A stretch of DNA of 64,000 nt from NCBI GenBank assembly GCA_913055745.1, contig CAJXJZ010000003.1, positions 6,664 to 70,663 on the forward strand, written 5' to 3'. Shown here piece by piece: positions 60,326-64,000 of the stretch. The position numbers and the translations under genes were made by a program. Position 1 is the first letter of the stretch. Every line of letters begins with the position of its first letter. Under the pieces are notes generated by a model. The model was given only the letters and a program-made list of their open reading frames with translations. It had not been told where the DNA came from and did no database searches. The stretch is from an uncultured bacterium (GTDB taxonomy: Bacteria; Hydrothermota; Hydrothermia; UBA1063; CAJXJZ01).

Positions 60326-60715
60326 TTATTTTATTTCTACTTTAGCGCCGAGGTCTTCCAAGGTCTTTTTAATTTTCTCTGCTTCCTCCTTGGACACTCC
60401 TTCCTTTACAGGCTTTGGAAGACTATCTATAAGGCTTTTCGCCTCTTTTAGCCCAAGACTCGTGATCGTTCTTATTTCTTTAAGGACTTTAATTCTCTGT
60501 GGACCGGCATCGGTTAGTATAACATCAAACTCTGTCTTTTCTTCTCCACCTTGTGCCTCTGCGCCTTGAGCTACAGGTTGAGCCACAGCTGCAACCGGAG
60601 CTGAAGCCTTCACACCAAACTTTTCCTCGAGTTCCTTGATGAGTTCTGAGAGTTCAAGGACCGTGAGTGATTCTATCATGGAGACTATTTCGGCAACATT
60701 ATTTTTCTCTGACAT
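60326..60715 (-). CDS. rplL: 50S ribosomal protein L7/L12
   Basis: EL...[22 protein letters not shown].. Confidence 0.98.
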   Translation of the reverse strand: MSEKNNVAEIVSMIESLTVLELSELIKELEEKFGVKASAPVAAVAQPVAQGAEAQGGEEKTEFDVILTDAGPQRIKVLKEIRTITSLGLKEAKSLIDSLPKPVKEGVSKEEAEKIKKTLEDLGAKVEIK

Positions 60716-60716
60716 T

Positions 60717-61250
60717 TTATGCCTCCTCTTTTTCTTTTCTTATTTGTTCTAAAACATTCACAAATGAATATATTGGCCAATTTATTGCAAAAACAAGTCT
60801 ATATAGGAGGGAATTCAATCCTCCAACTACCATTGCTTGAAGCTCTTTCTTTGAGGGGAGTGCCGCTATTTTTTCAAGGTCTTCTCCTTCAACAATCTCT
60901 CCATCTACTTCTCCTGCTTTTACTTTTCCCTTCTTCACCTCTTTAAAATAATTATGCACACTCTTAAGAGCCTCTATTGGATCCCCATATGCATACACTA
61001 CAGCACTTGGTCCCTTAAGATGTTTAATTAAAGATTCTTTTTTGAGGTCCTTAAAAGCAATGGCAGCCATAGTATTTTTTGTGACTACAATTTTTGACTC
61101 CGTTTCACGCAACTTTTTCCTAAGTTCAGAAAACTCCGCCACAGTAAGCCCTGCATAATCCGCAAGATAAAAGGCAGACGCTTTTTCAACCTTTTCCTTT
61201 ATATCTTTAACAGCATCTATTTTATATTGTTTAACCATCTTGCCCCTCAC
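60717..61250 (-). CDS. rplJ: 50S ribosomal protein L10
   Basis: DY.GLTV....LRK.LR, V.KNT, A.LPSK.EL; start GTG 61250 or ATG 61238. Confidence 0.96.
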   Translation of the reverse strand: MRGKMVKQYKIDAVKDIKEKVEKASAFYLADYAGLTVAEFSELRKKLRETESKIVVTKNTMAAIAFKDLKKESLIKHLKGPSAVVYAYGDPIEALKSVHNYFKEVKKGKVKAGEVDGEIVEGEDLEKIAALPSKKELQAMVVGGLNSLLYRLVFAINWPIYSFVNVLEQIRKEKEEA

Positions 61251-61954
61251 TTTTTAGTAATTTCGTTCAATACGCTGTTTATATTAACTTTAACAGATGG
61301 ACCCATTGTCGGAGAAAGATGAATACTTTTAATATATGTTCCTTTGTGGGTTTTAGGCCTCAAGTTTATAAGCTCTTCCAACAGTGCGAGCAGATTCTCT
61401 TTAAGATGCTCCTCTGGAAAACTAATTTTTCCTATAGGCACATGTATGTTTCCTGTTTTATCCACCCTAAACTCAACTCTACCCTTTTTGAGCTCTTTTA
61501 CAACCTTAGCAACATTTTTTGTAACAGTTCCTGTTTTAGGACTGGGCATAAGACCACGCGGTCCTAAAATCCTACCCAATTTAGCAACATCCGGCATAGC
61601 ATCAGGGGTAGCTACAACAGCATCAAAATCAAGCCACCCGCCCTTAATCTTTTCAATAAGGTCTTTGTATCCAACATAATCCGCACCAGCCTCCTTAGCC
61701 TCTTTCTCTTGCTCTCCTCTCGTTATAACTAAAACCTTAACCTTTCTACCTGTCCCATGCGGCAGCACAACAGCACCCCTCACCATTTGGTCAGCCTTTC
61801 TCGGATCAACCCCAAGCCTAACAGCACATTCAACTGTCTCATCGAATTTTGCGCTCTTAAGTTCCTTCACCTTTTTTACCGCCTCTTCAAGCGGATAATC
61901 TTTCTTTTCTACTTTTTCAAGTAATGCAACATATCTCTTACCATGCTTAGCCAT
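61247..61954 (-). CDS. rplA: 50S ribosomal protein L1
   Basis: [36 protein letters not shown]. Confidence 0.98.
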   Translation of the reverse strand: MAKHGKRYVALLEKVEKKDYPLEEAVKKVKELKSAKFDETVECAVRLGVDPRKADQMVRGAVVLPHGTGRKVKVLVITRGEQEKEAKEAGADYVGYKDLIEKIKGGWLDFDAVVATPDAMPDVAKLGRILGPRGLMPSPKTGTVTKNVAKVVKELKKGRVEFRVDKTGNIHVPIGKISFPEEHLKENLLALLEELINLRPKTHKGTYIKSIHLSPTMGPSVKVNINSVLNEITKK

Positions 61955-61955
61955 T

Positions 61956-62399
61956 TTAATCCTCCACCACTTCTATTCCCATACTTCTTGCAGTGCCTTC
62001 AATTATTCTCATAGCAGCTTCAATATCATAGGCGTTTAGGTCTTGCATTTTCGTCTTTGCAATTTCTTCAACCTGCTTCTTTGTAACCTTACCAACCTTA
62101 ACCTTATTGGGCTCGCCCGAGCCCTTAGCTATTTTTGCTGCCTTTCTTAAAAGGTCTGCGGCTGGTGGCGTTTTAGTAATAAAATCAAAACTTCTGTCTT
62201 TATAAATAGATATCACGACAGGAATCTTAAGATCAGGGTCCATACCTTTTGTCTTAGCATTAAATTGTTGAACAAACTGCATAATGTTTACACCATGCTG
62301 ACCTAAGGCTGGACCTACAGGTGGAGCAGGATTTGCCTGACCTGCAGGTATCTGCAACTTAACAACTGCCATTACTTCCTTTTTCTTAGGGGGCATCAC
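61956..62399 (-). CDS. rplK: 50S ribosomal protein L11
   Basis: [30 protein letters not shown]. Confidence 0.98.
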   Translation of the reverse strand: MMPPKKKEVMAVVKLQIPAGQANPAPPVGPALGQHGVNIMQFVQQFNAKTKGMDPDLKIPVVISIYKDRSFDFITKTPPAADLLRKAAKIAKGSGEPNKVKVGKVTKKQVEEIAKTKMQDLNAYDIEAAMRIIEGTARSMGIEVVED

Positions 62400-62408
62400 T
62401 TCCTCCTT

Positions 62409-62975
62409 TTAAATCTTTTCAACCTCTAAAAAATCAAGGACCACTGGCGTGGTTCTCCCAAAGATATCAACAAGAACCTTTAATTTAAGTTTGTCAGGAT
62501 AGATCTCAGCAACCTTACCCTGAAAATCAGCAAAAGGCCCATTAACTATCCTTACAACTTCTCCTTCAAGGAAAGGTATTTCTTTTTCTTTCTTTTCACG
62601 CTCTTTCGCTTCCATATTCTTAATGGTATTGACTTCTTCTTCTGTAAGGGAAACAATTGCATCCTTGCCAATTAACGCCTTAACAAGATTTGTTGACGTA
62701 ACCACCTTTAAGACCCTCTGAATGATTTCCTCATTATTGTCAATACCTATTATAATATAACCTCCATATATAGGCTTTTCTAAGAGTACCCTCTTACCCT
62801 TTTTGATCTTTGGTAATACCTGCATAGGTAAAAGTATTTCAACATATTCAATCAAACCGCTTTCGGAAAGCACCCTTTCAAGAGCCTTCTTCGCACGCCG
62901 CTCCCTTCCACCGGACGTCCAAAAAACCAGCCATTTCTTACTATTCGCCTCTTCACGCTTTACATTTTCACTCAT
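62409..62975 (-). CDS. nusG: Transcription termination/antitermination factor NusG
   Basis: NGN domain (divergent), KOW GE.VRI..GPFADF.G, V.IFGR.TPV. Confidence 0.95.
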   Translation of the reverse strand: MSENVKREEANSKKWLVFWTSGGRERRAKKALERVLSESGLIEYVEILLPMQVLPKIKKGKRVLLEKPIYGGYIIIGIDNNEEIIQRVLKVVTSTNLVKALIGKDAIVSLTEEEVNTIKNMEAKEREKKEKEIPFLEGEVVRIVNGPFADFQGKVAEIYPDKLKLKVLVDIFGRTTPVVLDFLEVEKI

Positions 62976-62986
62976 AACTTCACCAC

Positions 62987-63169
62987 CTACCCCAACATCA
63001 ATTGTAATAACTTAGAAATAATTATATCCAAAATCCACATATAGAGAACAAAAAATGTAGAAATAAGAATCACACCCAAGGTTCCACCCCAGAGAGCCTC
63101 CTTAGTAGGCCATGTCATCTTCTTAAACTCGCTAATGGACTCTTTTATAAAATCACCAAACCTTGCCAT
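62987..63169 (-). CDS. secE: Preprotein translocase SecE
   Basis: E.KKMTWPT..E motif, single TM, upstream of nusG. Confidence 0.93.
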   Translation of the reverse strand: MARFGDFIKESISEFKKMTWPTKEALWGGTLGVILISTFFVLYMWILDIIISKLLQLMLG

Positions 63170-63176
63170 ATTTCAC

Positions 63177-63329
63177 CTACAATTTCACCTCTTTATGAAC
63201 GGTATGTTTTCTGCAGTATGGGCAGTACTTCTTAAGTTCAATTTTACCCTTACTCTTCTTCTTATTTTTAGTCGTTACATAATTCTTCCTTTTACATTCA
63301 GTACATTGCAAAGACACCTTTATTCTCAT
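63177..63329 (-). CDS. rpmG: 50S ribosomal protein L33 (Zn-binding C+ form)
   Basis: Not in ORF track. My translation: [50 protein letters not shown]. Confidence 0.97.
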   Translation of the reverse strand: MRIKVSLQCTECKRKNYVTTKNKKKSKGKIELKKYCPYCRKHTVHKEVKL

Positions 63330-63347
63330 ATTAGTCCTCCTCCTCTA

Positions 63348-63421
63348 CAGGCCTGGAGGGATTTGAACCCCCAACCGCCGGATTTGGAGTCCGGTGCTCT
63401 TCCAAATTGAGCTACAGGCCT
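63348..63421 (-). tRNA. tRNA-Trp(CCA), CCA end not encoded
   Basis: AGGCCTG/CAGGCCT acceptor stem, CCGGA-CT-CCA-AA-TCCGG anticodon arm. Confidence 0.95.
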
Positions 63422-63435
63422 CTGTAAGTTTAAAC

Positions 63436-63464
63436 AGAATAAAGCCCACATAATGTTTAGTCAA
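63436..63464 (-). promoter_or_regulatory. sigma70 promoter for tRNA-Trp-rpmG-secE-nusG
   Basis: TTGACT-17-TATTCT. Confidence 0.5.
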
Positions 63465-63478
63465 GTAATAATAAAAAA

Positions 63479-63552
<74 letters not shown>

Positions 63553-63566
63553 TTGTAAGTTTTATA

Positions 63567-63595
63567 ATTATAATCCTTACTTGAAAAACTGTCAA
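63567..63595 (-). promoter_or_regulatory. Perfect-consensus sigma70 promoter for tRNA-fMet
   Basis: TTGACA-17-TATAAT. Confidence 0.8.
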
Positions 63596-63623
63596 GTCCT
63601 CGGGATTCCTCTTGATAAAACTC

Positions 63624-63651
63624 TTGACTTTTCCAGCATTTGCCTTAAAAT
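63624..63651 (+). promoter_or_regulatory. sigma70 promoter for pilB-like gene
   Basis: TTGACT-16-TAAAAT. Confidence 0.5.
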
Positions 63652-63678
63652 TATAAAGTTAGCAGAATAGGAGAGAAA

Positions 63679-64000
63679 ATGGATAGTGCAAAATTAGTAA
63701 ATATGCTATTGAAATACAAAGCAATCAAGCCTGAACAGGCAAAGAAGGCACTTGAGGTATCAAGGCAAAATGGGAAAGATGTCATACAATCCTTAGTTGA
63801 CTTAGGATTTATTTCAGAAGAGCGACTTTTGAGAATAATCTCACAGGCATTTCATGTCCAAATAGCGGAATTTCCTGAAGAAGACCTCCCAGAGCAACTT
63901 ATTAAAACTATTCCCCCAGACATCGCAAGAAAATACAATGTATTTCCCTATAAAAAGAAAGGCAGACTACTAATAGTAGCTACTACAGATCCAACTAATA
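63679..64000 (+). CDS. PilB/GspE-family secretion ATPase N-terminus (truncated by window edge)
   Basis: Not in ORF track. My translation: MDSAKLVNMLLKYKAIKPEQAKKAL...LVDLGFISEERL...IPPDIARKYNVFP...LIVATTDPTN, matching the MshEN/T2SSE_N pattern (A..DP.N). ATPase domain not visible. Confidence 0.7.
   Translation, partial: MDSAKLVNMLLKYKAIKPEQAKKALEVSRQNGKDVIQSLVDLGFISEERLLRIISQAFHVQIAEFPEEDLPEQLIKTIPPDIARKYNVFPYKKKGRLLIVATTDPTN

Noticed and set aside
63439-63450. GTGGGCTTT motif shared by 33241-33249, 60284-60292 and 63441-63449
   Set aside because: Two of the three copies are explained as 3' stem plus U-tract of hairpins; there is no consistent position, so it is not called as a regulator site.

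Overview
A bacterial chromosomal window of mostly core genes, AT-rich by eye (GC not computed). The organism is diderm (waaA, lptB, lptD, lptA-like). The lineage looks like a deep-branching FCB-adjacent candidate phylum such as WOR-3; this is my inference from the bS22-like gene, the EF-Tu variant and the kinase/sigma54 module. About 33-63.5 kb is one minus-strand supercluster: tRNA-fMet, tRNA-Trp, rpmG, secE, nusG, rplKAJL, rpoBC, str, S10, spc and alpha, followed by recF-dciA-gyrB-hup. The left 30 kb holds an lptA/lptB/rpoN/waaA operon, sugar/envelope genes, a MoxR-DUF58-transglutaminase module with a diguanylate cyclase, gatB, tRNA-Arg, a TPR lipoprotein and argF. The best candidate for an undescribed system is at 13.4-19.2 kb: a Ser/Thr-kinase-TPR gene coupled to a GAF-sigma54 activator, then a 14-bp inverted repeat, a canonical -24/-12 promoter and an HD-GYP phosphodiesterase, in a window whose RpoN has an aberrant RpoN box. 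Other notable points are a str-operon EF-G lacking the domain IV translocation motifs, an EF-Tu with a remodelled switch I, a 30-aa bS22-like gene missed by the ORF track, several apparently leaderless genes, and strong D-S/T (Bacteroidota-type O-glycosylation sequon) enrichment in exported proteins. I added three small ribosomal-protein genes (bS22-like, rpmJ, rpmG) and two edge-truncated genes that are absent from the ORF track. I saw no mobile elements, CRISPR arrays or rRNA. All family assignments come from recalled motifs, not database searches.
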